Of a DNA stretch of 64,000 nt, positions 35,684 through 45,737 are shown piece after piece. Position numbers and translations under genes: made by a program. Origin of the DNA: a virus (Duplodnaviria; Caudoviricetes); the IMG/VR virus record IMGVR_UViG_3300013121_000017, positions 128,001 through 192,000 of that record; one strand, given 5' to 3'. The notes below the pieces were generated by a model. That model saw only the letters and a list, made by a program, of their open reading frames with translations. It ran no database searches and was not told where the DNA came from. How positions within the stretch are numbered: the stretch's first letter is position 1; every line of letters starts with the position of its first letter.

Positions 35684-36331
35684 ATGACAGATTTCGGTCG
35701 TAAAGACTTCGGGGCAGCCCTGAAGATGCTTCTCGAAGCCAAGCCAGCACCAGTTCCGGCAGAAGACGACCCGGAGGCTGATGAAATTGGCGTTGGTGGA
35801 GGAGCATTTTCTGCCTCTGCCAAGGCCAAGGTGAAGGGAGCGGGAGAACTCGACGCCCTCACTGACAACAAGACAGGCATCGCCGCACAACTCAAGGAAT
35901 TCGCAAAGCTCTGGAAGGGCGTAAAGAAGGTCATTGTTGACCAGTCTGAGAACGCCGCCAAGCAACTCGAAGCATTCGCCGCCGCCAACCCAGGCATGGT
36001 CTACTCTGGCAAGAAGACAACCAGGGCTGATGCTACGGCAGCAGCCGGCCTCGGTAAAGAGGCGGAAGCAGGTGCTGTGGATAAGTTTGACCGCGCCGCA
36101 GCCGCCGGGGACCGTGAAACAGCTACCACAAGCACTGGCAAGGTCAGCAAGCTCAGTGGTGCAGACATTGCTGGTTCGAGAAAGGGCAAGAGGGTTTCGA
36201 CCTTCGCGGCTCCTGACGCCGGTGCGACAGACAAGGCTGTGGATGATCTCGCCGCATCGCAACGGACTGGTCCTGCGGTTGAACGTGAGCGGGCGAGACG
36301 CAACATTGCCGCGAAGAGGGGGACAGTATGA
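35684..36331 (+). CDS. hypothetical Ala-rich late protein
   Basis: TAGATA box, GAGGT SD. Confidence 0.7.
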   Translation: MTDFGRKDFGAALKMLLEAKPAPVPAEDDPEADEIGVGGGAFSASAKAKVKGAGELDALTDNKTGIAAQLKEFAKLWKGVKKVIVDQSENAAKQLEAFAAANPGMVYSGKKTTRADATAAAGLGKEAEAGAVDKFDRAAAAGDRETATTSTGKVSKLSGADIAGSRKGKRVSTFAAPDAGATDKAVDDLAASQRTGPAVERERARRNIAAKRGTV

Positions 36332-37089
36332 AAGACTTCGCAGATCTACTCAACGAGATGGTCGTCCTCGGCAACGGTATTGCCGTGGTCTTGAACGAAG
36401 AAGGCGAGGGCGACGATGATGCCGCAGAAGTGCCGGGGAAGGCATTGTCGCTGCCGGCCATGATCAAGATGCTCCGCAAGATGGCCATCAAGGTCAAGGA
36501 GCAGGCCGACATCATGGACCAGAAGATGGACGGCATGCTCACCGCACTCGGCGTCAGCATTGACGATGTGGAAACCCAATTCTCCGGTCTGAGACACTTG
36601 ACCGATGAACAGCAGGCACACATCACCAAGATCACGACCGAAGCGAACACCCGCATCAAGAAGCTGAAGAAGGATCTGGCTCCGTTGGCGAAGCTCAAGG
36701 GTCTGAAAGACATGGACAGCGTTGACAAGCTCATCCAGCGTGTCAACACCCTCGACGCCGAATTGAAGCAGAAGCAACTGGAAATGGATACCCAGAAGCA
36801 GGAGTACGAGGATCTGCTCGACTACTACGAAGACATCATGATCGACATGAAACATGCCGAGATGGAAGCGAAGCGTCAACTCCAGAACGCCAACGCCGCC
36901 ATGACAGGTGCGTGGGAACACGCTGTCGCCGAATTGGAAGAGGAAACAAAGAAGCCGCTGACCGAGTCGGCCAAGCCCAAGAAGAAAAAGAAGCGTCCCA
37001 AGGACTACCAGCACTACGGCACGTTCAACCTGAACGAGCATCTGGCAAAAGCCAGAGAAAAGCTGCCAAAGGCCAAGGGCGACTGGTAA
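36328..37089 (+). CDS. hypothetical coiled-coil protein
   Basis: MKDFADLLNE start. Confidence 0.75.
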   Translation: MKDFADLLNEMVVLGNGIAVVLNEEGEGDDDAAEVPGKALSLPAMIKMLRKMAIKVKEQADIMDQKMDGMLTALGVSIDDVETQFSGLRHLTDEQQAHITKITTEANTRIKKLKKDLAPLAKLKGLKDMDSVDKLIQRVNTLDAELKQKQLEMDTQKQEYEDLLDYYEDIMIDMKHAEMEAKRQLQNANAAMTGAWEHAVAELEEETKKPLTESAKPKKKKKRPKDYQHYGTFNLNEHLAKAREKLPKAKGDW

Positions 37090-37094
37090 CAACG

Positions 37095-37124
37095 AAAGAG
37101 CGGCGAGCAATCGCCGCTCTTTTT
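37095..37124 (+). terminator. intrinsic terminator
   Basis: AAAGAGCGGCGA-GCAA-TCGCCGCTCTTT TT. Confidence 0.8.
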
Positions 37125-37138
37125 GCATAGATAGTTGC

Positions 37139-37549
37139 ATGATCTCTTGGAAAGAATGGCAGGGCGAAAAGCCAGCCAACGTCAACCCTGATGCGCCAAA
37201 GCAGAAGAAGTGGAAGGCGACCAAGGCGGAAGTAATGGAGTTCTGGAAGAAGACCAGACCCGACACCCCGCTGATGATGACGCCTATCCCCTACGACCAC
37301 AAAGGCTCGACCTACCAGAAGGACGGAATCCGCGTCACTGGCAGCAAGGAATTCATTGCGTCTACAATCGCAAGGCTAAAGGAATTCATCGCTTACGAAA
37401 ACCCGGAAACGAAGCTCATGCTCGTCTACCGGGAGACTCAGCCGGCCATCAATCCCGGCGACCGTGCCACATACGTCTTCTACCTTCAAACCAAGCAAAG
37501 AGGTAAGAAAGCGGAAAGAAATGACGTTGCATCACCCTCGATGACGTGA
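37139..37549 (+). CDS. hypothetical late protein
   Basis: TAGATA 5 nt before ATG. Confidence 0.7.
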   Translation: MISWKEWQGEKPANVNPDAPKQKKWKATKAEVMEFWKKTRPDTPLMMTPIPYDHKGSTYQKDGIRVTGSKEFIASTIARLKEFIAYENPETKLMLVYRETQPAINPGDRATYVFYLQTKQRGKKAERNDVASPSMT

Positions 37550-37659
37550 TAGCCTCAAATTAAGTCATGGAGGCCACACGTCCTCCGTTGTAGCCGCTAC
37601 AATTCAGGTGAGCCGCCCGAGTACGGAACCGGCAGAAGCCAAAAACTGGAGGAACTACC

Positions 37660-37851
37660 ATGCTCGTTTTGAGCCGCAAGAAGGGTGAGAAGATCATCAT
37701 TGACGAGAGGATCACCATCGAGGTGGTCGAGATCAAAAACAAGCAGATCCGTCTCGGATTCGAGGCTGACAAGAACATCCCGATCCGCCGGGCCGAAGTG
37801 CCGGCACGGGAAGGTCAAGTCCCGCCTCCTGCGAACAACTCTGACCAGTGA
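37660..37851 (+). CDS. csrA: carbon storage regulator CsrA
   Basis: MLVLSRKKGEKIII...IRLGFEADKNIPIRRAE. Confidence 0.93.
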   Translation: MLVLSRKKGEKIIIDERITIEVVEIKNKQIRLGFEADKNIPIRRAEVPAREGQVPPPANNSDQ

Positions 37852-37927
37852 AGTCATCGCTGCTTCCGGCAGGATTTGATCTTGTCAATCCTGCCGGAAG
37901 CGGTAGACTGTTCGCCGAAGGGATACG

Positions 37928-38365
37928 ATGCCTGAAATCTTCGAGGTCAGCCCCGGACTATACCAGGGCAGCCATCATCGTCACCTGCCAGATTACATCG
38001 AAGCAGTGCTGAACGTTGATTCGCGGGCCGCGTTCTACAAGACCGAGAACCTGCAATACACCCACATGCCGATCATCGACGGGCCGGACCCCGGCGAAGA
38101 ATGGCTTGAGCGAGCGTTGACGGTTCTGCGTGACTACCGGACTGCCAACCTGAAGACGTTCATCCATTGCCAAGCGGGCATGTCCCGCAGTGTATTCGTA
38201 ACCGCTGCTCTGTTGATGCGTGAACAAGGCATCACCCGAAGAGAGGCCATCAAGCTGATCGATTCCAAGTCGCACTTCGCCGACCCAGCACCGGCCTTCC
38301 TCATGGCACTGGACAAGTTCTACGAGAAGGAACGGAAGGCAAGGGAAGCCGAAGCATCCTCGTAG
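37928..38365 (+). CDS. dual-specificity phosphatase
   Basis: IHCQAGMSRS CX5R motif. Confidence 0.9.
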   Translation: MPEIFEVSPGLYQGSHHRHLPDYIEAVLNVDSRAAFYKTENLQYTHMPIIDGPDPGEEWLERALTVLRDYRTANLKTFIHCQAGMSRSVFVTAALLMREQGITRREAIKLIDSKSHFADPAPAFLMALDKFYEKERKAREAEASS

Positions 38366-38375
38366 GATCTATGCT

Positions 38376-38771
38376 ATGTCGCTACACGATGTTGAAGACA
38401 TCCTCGATTCCTGGGAATCAACCGGACTACTTCAGGACTGTCCTGATCGTTTCAACATGGCCCTCTGCCTGGACACGCAACGCCGGGCCAACGAAAAGTA
38501 CGATCACACGCCGCAGTTCAACCGGGTATCCATCCCGGCCATCCTCAACATCTGCAAGAAATCTCCCGATACATTCCAGGGTCTGGTAGAGAGCGAATGC
38601 TCTGACGTTTATCGTCTCGGGCCAATGCCATGTGGCGATGACGCCGACGTGTGCGCCAAACTCGTCATGCGAGTCCTGAACCTCAAGCTCGACATGATGT
38701 ACTTCGGCGGCATGACGCTCAAAGACGGGATGGTCTACATCCTCACGGATCGCGTTGATTCCAGCACATGA
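38376..38771 (+). CDS. hypothetical protein resembling a major capsid protein N-terminal segment
   Basis: WESTGLL...MALCLDTQ...FNRVSIP. Confidence 0.55.
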   Translation: MSLHDVEDILDSWESTGLLQDCPDRFNMALCLDTQRRANEKYDHTPQFNRVSIPAILNICKKSPDTFQGLVESECSDVYRLGPMPCGDDADVCAKLVMRVLNLKLDMMYFGGMTLKDGMVYILTDRVDSST

Positions 38772-39163
38772 CGACGGAACCGTCCGTCCATGTCGCCGAG
38801 AGCCGAATCCTGGGTCGGCTTCGGAACCTTGCCGCCGATCTCGGAATCAATTCGTCGCAACAAGCCAGACAGCATGTAGCGACGTAAACTCGGATCGGAT
38901 TCAGATACGGCTTCGTCGGCCTCGCCGCTGAGTGAGTTGAAGATAGAGACAAGATCATGGGCCAGGGCGTCATCGTCGCTCTGGCTCGCTTTGTTTGAAC
39001 ACCGTTGAAGGGCGTCCTTGAAGTTGTTGATGTGAGGTAGAATGTCCATGCCGGATGATTCGCGACTGGTGGACTGTACCAGGGCGCGACCGAGATTGAC
39101 CTTGGCGTCCATCAAGTCTTCATCGAAAGGCTTCAGTGTGAGCCACTGGGTAAATTCGAGCAT
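38735..39163 (-). CDS. hypothetical late protein
   Basis: MLEFTQWL start, TACATA 5 nt upstream. Confidence 0.65.
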   Translation of the reverse strand: MLEFTQWLTLKPFDEDLMDAKVNLGRALVQSTSRESSGMDILPHINNFKDALQRCSNKASQSDDDALAHDLVSIFNSLSGEADEAVSESDPSLRRYMLSGLLRRIDSEIGGKVPKPTQDSALGDMDGRFRRHVLESTRSVRM

Positions 39164-39234
39164 GCAGGTATGTAGAGAAAGAAGCACTCGAAAACGGGGA
39201 TGACATCAAGCCCTAAAAGTGAGAAAATAGACCG

Positions 39235-40053
39235 ATGGACAAGATCATCCTGAAAACCCCCGAGCAGATTGACGGCATACGCCGAAGCTGTCAAGTTGCC
39301 GTCAACGTGTTGAAAGGCATCAAAGACTATGTCCTGCCCGGAATGCGGACCTGTGAACTCAATACCTTGATTGACATAGCCATGCGTCGGATGAATGCCG
39401 TCCCGGCGACCCTAAATTACAAGGGCTATCCCGCCTCGGCATGCGTGTCGGTCAACAACGTGATCTGTCACGGGGTTCCCAACAAAAGAGTCCTCGAATG
39501 GGGTGATGTTGTCAAGATTGATGTGACCACCATCGTCAACGGCTACTACGGAGACACCTGCTACACCTGGGTCGTTGGACAACCCACCTCAGAATCGCAC
39601 AGGATCGTCGCTGCGGCCCGCGCCTGCCTCTGGGCGGGCATACGGGCCGTTCAGCCTGGGAAGCCGCTAGGAGCGATTTCCAGGGCCGTCAGGTTGACCG
39701 CCGACCAATACCGTTGTTCGGTGGTACACCAGTTCTGCGGCCACGGAGTAGGAATCGCCTTCCATGAACCGCCAAATGTGGTGTATGACTCGCTGGTGGG
39801 GTCTGCGGGGCCAATAATGACGCCTGGAATGACGTTCACCATCGAACCTATGATCAACGCCGGTGTCGCAGAAGCGGTGGTGGATGCGGCGGACGGCTGG
39901 TCGGCTTACACGGCTGACGGCAAGTTGTCAGCACAGTTTGAACACACTGTTCTTGTTACCCGAACCGGCTGTGAGGTTCTGACAGACTGGGGTGACGAGA
40001 AGACCTTGTTACCCCAACTGAGGCTACCGGAGGAAATATGGCGATCACACTGA
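39235..40053 (+). CDS. map: methionine aminopeptidase type I
   Basis: ICHGVP, KIDVT, GDT, GHGVG...HE, TIEPMIN, QFEHT. Confidence 0.95.
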   Translation: MDKIILKTPEQIDGIRRSCQVAVNVLKGIKDYVLPGMRTCELNTLIDIAMRRMNAVPATLNYKGYPASACVSVNNVICHGVPNKRVLEWGDVVKIDVTTIVNGYYGDTCYTWVVGQPTSESHRIVAAARACLWAGIRAVQPGKPLGAISRAVRLTADQYRCSVVHQFCGHGVGIAFHEPPNVVYDSLVGSAGPIMTPGMTFTIEPMINAGVAEAVVDAADGWSAYTADGKLSAQFEHTVLVTRTGCEVLTDWGDEKTLLPQLRLPEEIWRSH

Positions 40054-41111
40054 CCGATGAACAGAAAGACGTTGTTCGCAAGATCGTCAAGGGCGTCAAG
40101 ACCGGCAACGAACAAGTTCAGACCTTGGGCGGCTACGCCGGTACGGGCAAAACCACGATCACGACGACGCTACACGCCTTCTTCCCGAACTTCGCAACCT
40201 GTGCCTTCACCGGCAAGGCAGCGTCCGTGATGCGTAGTAAAGGCATGGAGTCAGCAGCTACGATCCACAGCACCATCTACTTCCCACAGAAGGACGAGGA
40301 CGGCAAAACGTTCTTCTACCCGAAGCCGAAAAGCATGCTCGGTTGCGACGGCTTCCTTGTCGATGAAGCATCGATGGTCGGTCGAGACGAATACAACGTG
40401 ATGCTCGACTACGGTCTGCCCATCGTGTTCATTGGCGACCACGGACAGTTGGAGCCGGTCGGGTCCGACGTGAACGTGATGAAAGACCCAATGTACACCC
40501 TGGAGAAGATCCACAGGAACGCCGGTGAGATTGCACACTTTGCCGAACACATCCGCAAGGGCGGCGATGTTCGCCGCTTCCACACCAGCGGCAAGGTTCA
40601 AGTTGCGGACGCATCGGACGCGACGGACGACATCATCACCAACACGGATCAAATCATCTGCGCCTTCAACTCGACACGCAAGGGCGTGAACAACAACATC
40701 CGCCGGCTACATGGTCGAGGCGAAACGGTGGAAGAGGGCGACCGCATCATCTGCCTGAGAAACAACAAACAGGATCAGGTCTTCAACGGCATGCACGCCA
40801 CGGTGTATCAGGTGGACTTGAAACGTCGCAAGATCACTATCGACCTTGACGACGGCGAACGAAAGTGGGATCTGCCATTCTGGCCCAAGCAGTTTGACTC
40901 CGAGTCCACGTTGACTGATGTGGACTACCAGATCAATCTGTTCGACTTCGGCTACTGCATCACCGCGCACAAAAGCCAGGGGTCAGAATGGGACAACGTA
41001 ATCGTGTATGAACAGGTCTGCAAGAAGTGGGATCATGCTCGATGGGCTTACACAGCGGCCAGCCGCGCCAAGAACGGCCTCATCTGGCTCTGTCCTAGCA
41101 AGAGATGGTGA
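40038..41111 (+). CDS. Dda/RecD-like SF1 helicase
   Basis: GYAGTGKT, DEASM, GDHGQL, TAHKSQGSEW, YTAASRA. Confidence 0.92.
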   Translation: MAITLTDEQKDVVRKIVKGVKTGNEQVQTLGGYAGTGKTTITTTLHAFFPNFATCAFTGKAASVMRSKGMESAATIHSTIYFPQKDEDGKTFFYPKPKSMLGCDGFLVDEASMVGRDEYNVMLDYGLPIVFIGDHGQLEPVGSDVNVMKDPMYTLEKIHRNAGEIAHFAEHIRKGGDVRRFHTSGKVQVADASDATDDIITNTDQIICAFNSTRKGVNNNIRRLHGRGETVEEGDRIICLRNNKQDQVFNGMHATVYQVDLKRRKITIDLDDGERKWDLPFWPKQFDSESTLTDVDYQINLFDFGYCITAHKSQGSEWDNVIVYEQVCKKWDHARWAYTAASRAKNGLIWLCPSKRW

Positions 41112-41114
41112 TTC

Positions 41115-41849
41115 ATGAGTGAGAAATACTACACCGTTCTGGAATACGCGAAGTTGAAGGGCATCGACATCGATGTCACTTCCGCATGTTCGCACGGAAG
41201 GATCTTGACCAAGATGTCCAAGGCGGACGGCAAGACGCCTGTTCCCGTCAAGGATGTCGATTACGGTTCCGTCAACTCCTACCCCGAGTACATCCTCGAC
41301 CTGTACCTCCAGGCTGGCAAGCTCGTCAAACGAATGCCAGAAATGCCCTTTGGCTGCTACAAAGGACAGCCCATCGACCGTGTGGATATTCAGTATCTGC
41401 AATGGTTCGCAGAGAACATCGACGGACACACCGCGTTGATAGAGACGATCAAAAAATACCTCGAAACCCCAGAGGTCGCAGCCAAAATCCAAGCGGCAGA
41501 AGAAGCGAAGGACAAAAGACGCGCGAAGGTCGAGGCCAAGGCAATGGCCATGTCTTCCCTGCGTAAGTTCGCGGACTTCAACGAGGCCACACTCGCCGAC
41601 ATGCGAACGAAAACCAAGTGGAAAGAGATGGGCTACAAGTTGATGCCGGGACAGTACCCATCTGGCCAAACTCAGGGGTGCGAACTGTACCACCGATCCC
41701 AGGTCGAGATGACAGTCGCCCTGAAACAAGAAGAAGAGGAACGCCTCAAGGCCATTGAGGTACTCGACCAGATTCGATCCCAGCAAAATGACAGCTTCAA
41801 TGACTTCGTTCGAGAAATAGAAGAGGCTCTCAACCCAGAGACTCTGTGA
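41115..41849 (+). CDS. hypothetical protein with MPFG-YKG domain
   Basis: MPFGCYKGQPI...YLQW. Confidence 0.7.
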   Translation: MSEKYYTVLEYAKLKGIDIDVTSACSHGRILTKMSKADGKTPVPVKDVDYGSVNSYPEYILDLYLQAGKLVKRMPEMPFGCYKGQPIDRVDIQYLQWFAENIDGHTALIETIKKYLETPEVAAKIQAAEEAKDKRRAKVEAKAMAMSSLRKFADFNEATLADMRTKTKWKEMGYKLMPGQYPSGQTQGCELYHRSQVEMTVALKQEEEERLKAIEVLDQIRSQQNDSFNDFVREIEEALNPETL

Positions 41850-41915
41850 AGCTTCTGTGAACTTACAGCCCGCCTCCTTTGTCGCGGTCTAAATACTGAG
41901 ACAAAGGAGGTCACA

Positions 41916-42674
41916 TTGGAAAACATACTCATCAGCGATATTCACCTTGGGAGCGATGTCTGTCAAGCAGATGACTTGTGCCATCTCCTAAAGGACATCG
42001 ACCCCGATGTCACAAAGAAGCTCATCATCGTAGGCGACATCTTCGACTCCATCGACCTGCGCCGGCTCAGGAAACACCACTGGAAGGTTCTGTCGCACAT
42101 CCGCCGGCTCGCCGACAAGATCGAAATCATCTGGCTGGCTGGCAACCACGACGGCCCCGCCGAGATCGTTTCTCACTTCCTGGGTGTGCGGGTGTACGAG
42201 GACTGCATTCTTGAGAGCGGCGGCAAGAACTTCTACATCTTGCACGGTCACAAGTACGACAAGTTCATCAACGACCGTCCGATCCTAACAGCAATCGGCG
42301 ACTTCTTCTATTGGCTGTTCCAGAAGATGGACCGCAGCCACTACGTCGCCCGCATGGCCAAGAAGAGCAGCAAGCACTACCTCCGTAACACCGTGTTGAT
42401 TCGGGAAGAAGCGGTGGAGGACGCCTTGAAGAACGGTTGTGACGGCGTGGTGTGTGGTCATACCCACTGTGCCGAGATCACGCCGGTGAAAGTCAACGGA
42501 AAGACCATCACTTATTGCAACACCGGATGTTGGACGGAGAAGCCCCCTACATACATCGTCATCGACGGTGGGGTTCCCCGTTTGGAGGTCTATGTCAGAA
42601 AAAGTGATCCCGTTCAGTGTGGGAGTGATCTCGGCGTACAACCCGCACGGGAAGAAAGCCAAGCCGAAGGATAA
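41916..42674 (+). CDS. LpxH-like metallophosphoesterase
   Basis: SDIHLG, GDIFD, GNHD, HG, CGHTH, NTGCW. Confidence 0.85.
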   Translation: MENILISDIHLGSDVCQADDLCHLLKDIDPDVTKKLIIVGDIFDSIDLRRLRKHHWKVLSHIRRLADKIEIIWLAGNHDGPAEIVSHFLGVRVYEDCILESGGKNFYILHGHKYDKFINDRPILTAIGDFFYWLFQKMDRSHYVARMAKKSSKHYLRNTVLIREEAVEDALKNGCDGVVCGHTHCAEITPVKVNGKTITYCNTGCWTEKPPTYIVIDGGVPRLEVYVRKSDPVQCGSDLGVQPAREESQAEG

Positions 42675-42963
42675 CAAGACGGCCCAGGACATGTTGAAGT
42701 CCGAGATCGACGGCATGCGACTGAAGTATGTCGAGCGGGACGGCGCGTACATGGGGCATCAGGAAAAACACCTTCTCATCAAAAACATCTCTCGCCGTGA
42801 GCTTGTCAAGCTGGCCGGTAAGTACCTTCAAGTCGCCGTTCTTTATGGAGAAAGGGATGGAGAAGACTACCGTTTCGACTGGATCGAGGCAGGAAAAACG
42901 GTAAAATACAAGAAGGCGAAAGCGAAGTGGCCGGTCGATCTCCCACGGTTTGACAATACATAG
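42592..42963 (+). CDS. DUF3293-like protein
   Basis: ISAYNPHG...N...E...YLQVAVLY. Confidence 0.6.
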   Translation: MSEKVIPFSVGVISAYNPHGKKAKPKDNKTAQDMLKSEIDGMRLKYVERDGAYMGHQEKHLLIKNISRRELVKLAGKYLQVAVLYGERDGEDYRFDWIEAGKTVKYKKAKAKWPVDLPRFDNT

Positions 42964-42966
42964 GGT

Positions 42967-43110
42967 ATGGAAAAAATCAGATGTGTGTGGGCCTCACTTG
43001 ATGAAGCCCTGCAACACTGTAAGTGCAAAGACTTCAAGCCCATCAAACCGAAGGTGCGGCCCGTGACGAAGCCCCGAAAACCAGTGAAGACGGGCGGAAA
43101 TGGCAAGTAG
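42967..43110 (+). CDS. small basic protein
   Basis: TACATA 4 nt before ATG; overlaps the start of the next gene. Confidence 0.4.
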   Translation: MEKIRCVWASLDEALQHCKCKDFKPIKPKVRPVTKPRKPVKTGGNGK

Positions 43111-44530
43111 ACTCACGGTATTCAACGACTTCTCTTTTCTTCAGACGGACAACCTCCATCTGAAGTCGAAGCTCTACCACGCACTCAGACACCGTGAACG
43201 AAACTACTTCCACAGTGCCGCCTACAAGGCCAACCGCTGGGATGGGTTCATCAACTTCTTCACCATTGAGTCGGGAAAGTTCATGACCGGGCTTCTGCCT
43301 GAAGTCATGCTTGCCCTGAAGCGATCCGAAGAGGAATACGAGTTCATCGACAAGCGAAGTGACATAACCTTCGCCTACGAAGAGATCCCGGCCAACTTCC
43401 TCCAGCAGTGGCAACAACCCGGCCAGGATCTGATTACTCTCGAAGACTACCAGTGCCAACTCACCGAGGCTGCGATGAAGTATCGTCGCGGCATCATTTT
43501 CGCGCCTACATCTGCCGGCAAGACCCTGGTTATGGTCTGTATGGTGCGAGCCATCAAGCCCGGCACGCCCACCCTCGTTCTCCAGAATCGACGCGGCCTT
43601 GCCCAACAAAACTACGACGAGCTTGTCAGCCGTGGCGTACCCAACGTCGGAACGTGCTGGGGCGGTGCGATCAAGCCGAACGTCATCACCGTAGCAACCG
43701 TACAGTCGCTGGAGAAGATCAAGAACCTGCTGCCGCACTTCAAGGTGCTGCTGGTGGACGAGATTCACGACATGATGTCCACGCAGCCAAAGAACGTCTA
43801 CAAGGCGATGAAGGGTGCGTGCTTCCGTGTCGCCATGTCGGCCACGCCGTTCAAGTACGGCGAGACGGACAAGGTCCAGAAGTACATGGTGAAGGGTTTC
43901 TTCGGCCCGGAGCTTCTGATTGAAGCGGCGAAGGAAGATGGCGGCAGGCTGACCACCAAGGGCTTGCAGAAGCGTGGCCGGCTCTCGAAGAGTCACTGCA
44001 CCTTCTTCCCGGTGCGTGAGCCGAACCTCGAATACGAACTGTATCAGGACGCCGTCACTTTCGGCATCGCTGAGAACTTCGACTTCCACCACATGGTCAA
44101 GAAGCTGGCCCTGTCCCAGAAGGGTCGCACCTTGATCCTTGTGGAACGCATCGCACACGGGGACGCCCTCAACAACTTGATTCCTGGCTCCCTGTGGGTT
44201 CGCGGCCAGGACAACGACACGACTCGCAAAGAGGTCGTGAGGCAGCTTCAGGTCAACGAGAACTGCATCGCGATTGCGACACAGGGCATCTTCAACACCG
44301 GCATCAACGTCTTCATCCACTCGCTCATCAATGCGGCGGGCGGACAGGCCGAACACCAGATCATCCAGAGGATGGGTCGTGGTCTTCGTACCGCCAAGGA
44401 CAAGACGATGCTCCAGTATTACGACTTCATCTTCTACAACAACGAGTACCTGCTCAAGCACAGCAAGAAGCGTATCCGCACCCTCAAGCAGCAGGGCCAC
44501 GAAATCGAGTTCAAGGACTTCGACCTATGA
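43100..44530 (+). CDS. UvsW-like SF2 helicase
   Basis: APTSAGKT, DEIH, SAT, QRMGRGLR. Confidence 0.92.
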   Translation: MASRLTVFNDFSFLQTDNLHLKSKLYHALRHRERNYFHSAAYKANRWDGFINFFTIESGKFMTGLLPEVMLALKRSEEEYEFIDKRSDITFAYEEIPANFLQQWQQPGQDLITLEDYQCQLTEAAMKYRRGIIFAPTSAGKTLVMVCMVRAIKPGTPTLVLQNRRGLAQQNYDELVSRGVPNVGTCWGGAIKPNVITVATVQSLEKIKNLLPHFKVLLVDEIHDMMSTQPKNVYKAMKGACFRVAMSATPFKYGETDKVQKYMVKGFFGPELLIEAAKEDGGRLTTKGLQKRGRLSKSHCTFFPVREPNLEYELYQDAVTFGIAENFDFHHMVKKLALSQKGRTLILVERIAHGDALNNLIPGSLWVRGQDNDTTRKEVVRQLQVNENCIAIATQGIFNTGINVFIHSLINAAGGQAEHQIIQRMGRGLRTAKDKTMLQYYDFIFYNNEYLLKHSKKRIRTLKQQGHEIEFKDFDL

Positions 44531-44874
44531 ACCCAGTCTGGCTTTTGATGATCCCGGCGTTCGCATTCTTCTGTGCCGGCGCGTACTGCTCGTACACCAA
44601 AACAGTCCGCGACAGTTGGATGTACTTGCCGAGCTTCGTGATCTTGACCATGCTGTGCGGCTGGTTGTGGGTTGTAGGTTCTCGCCATCTGGGTAAAGAC
44701 GGAGACGCCACCAAGGAGATCATGTTCTTCTCCTTGGTGTGGGACGTACTAATGATCGCAGCTTACTATGCTCTGCCCTTGATTTTCAAGGGGGAGGGCT
44801 TCAACTGGCAGGCATACGTTGCCGCCGGTCTTGCCATGATCGGCATTGTCTGGTTCAAGCTGGCCACTGGCTGA
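44527..44874 (+). CDS. four-TM membrane protein
   Basis: four hydrophobic helices. Confidence 0.7.
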   Translation: MNPVWLLMIPAFAFFCAGAYCSYTKTVRDSWMYLPSFVILTMLCGWLWVVGSRHLGKDGDATKEIMFFSLVWDVLMIAAYYALPLIFKGEGFNWQAYVAAGLAMIGIVWFKLATG

Positions 44875-45672
44875 AATGACCTTCCGAACCATGTTTCCCT
44901 GCACCTCAACCAAGCCCTTCATCAAGCATCGCTTGAGAGCGGCCTTATAGAGGACACGCAACGCCCGCCGCAGACTTTTCTCCTGCGAGCATGTCGGCCT
45001 CACCTGAGCGTTGTTTTTCTTTGCCGAATAAGATCTCTCCCACTGCTGTCTCTGTGTCGAGATCGTGAGCAGATTGTCCGTGCTTTCGATCTTGCGGATG
45101 CCCTCTTGCACACTGGCCTGACTTGTCCAAACGGTAGGAAAGTATTTCTCAGTGTCGAGGTAGATGCCAGCCATCTTGATGACACCTGGGCTGGCATTCT
45201 TCATGACACACTTGTCCTCATCAAGAGGAGTCGTGATGGCCTTCTCGAATGTCCACCCCTGGCTTAGTCGCTTGTGAATGGTGTTAGCCTTGATCTTCAC
45301 GACCTTGCTCCACCCCGTCACAGTAAGAGACTTACCTTGGTAGGTGTACTTGATGTTCTTCCTAATGTTCTGTCGCCTGAGCCTGATGTTGATCTTGGCA
45401 GGATCGAACTCCTTGCACATGTAGCTCTCGATCAGACGCGCGATACGGCGTCGGCCACGATCAATCTTGATAGACAGTGGTTCGGACTTTTTCGGGTTCT
45501 TGGATCGACTGAGTTCTTGCTCTCTGGCGCGACAAGCGACGATGTCGTCCACCATAGGTAGGAAAAGCATGTAAAACACACGCCTTGAAACCCAGCCTTC
45601 CTCGTTCAACCAGTTTTTCTTGTCAAGAAGAATAGCCTCAGCCATTCGCTTGAGATCTGATGTATCGAGCAT
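44749..45672 (-). CDS. hypothetical DNA-binding protein
   Basis: TYQGKSLTVTGWS...TIHKRLSQGWTFEKAIT endonuclease-associated HTH-like segment. Confidence 0.6.
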   Translation of the reverse strand: MLDTSDLKRMAEAILLDKKNWLNEEGWVSRRVFYMLFLPMVDDIVACRAREQELSRSKNPKKSEPLSIKIDRGRRRIARLIESYMCKEFDPAKINIRLRRQNIRKNIKYTYQGKSLTVTGWSKVVKIKANTIHKRLSQGWTFEKAITTPLDEDKCVMKNASPGVIKMAGIYLDTEKYFPTVWTSQASVQEGIRKIESTDNLLTISTQRQQWERSYSAKKNNAQVRPTCSQEKSLRRALRVLYKAALKRCLMKGLVEVQGNMVRKVISASGQLEPDNADHGKTGGNVCLPVEALPLENQGQSIVSCDH

Positions 45673-45737
45673 GTTGTGATCCTCCGAAATTGCACCAACC
45701 GACACGGGCAGTTTCCGTGTCGGTTGGTGCGAATTGG

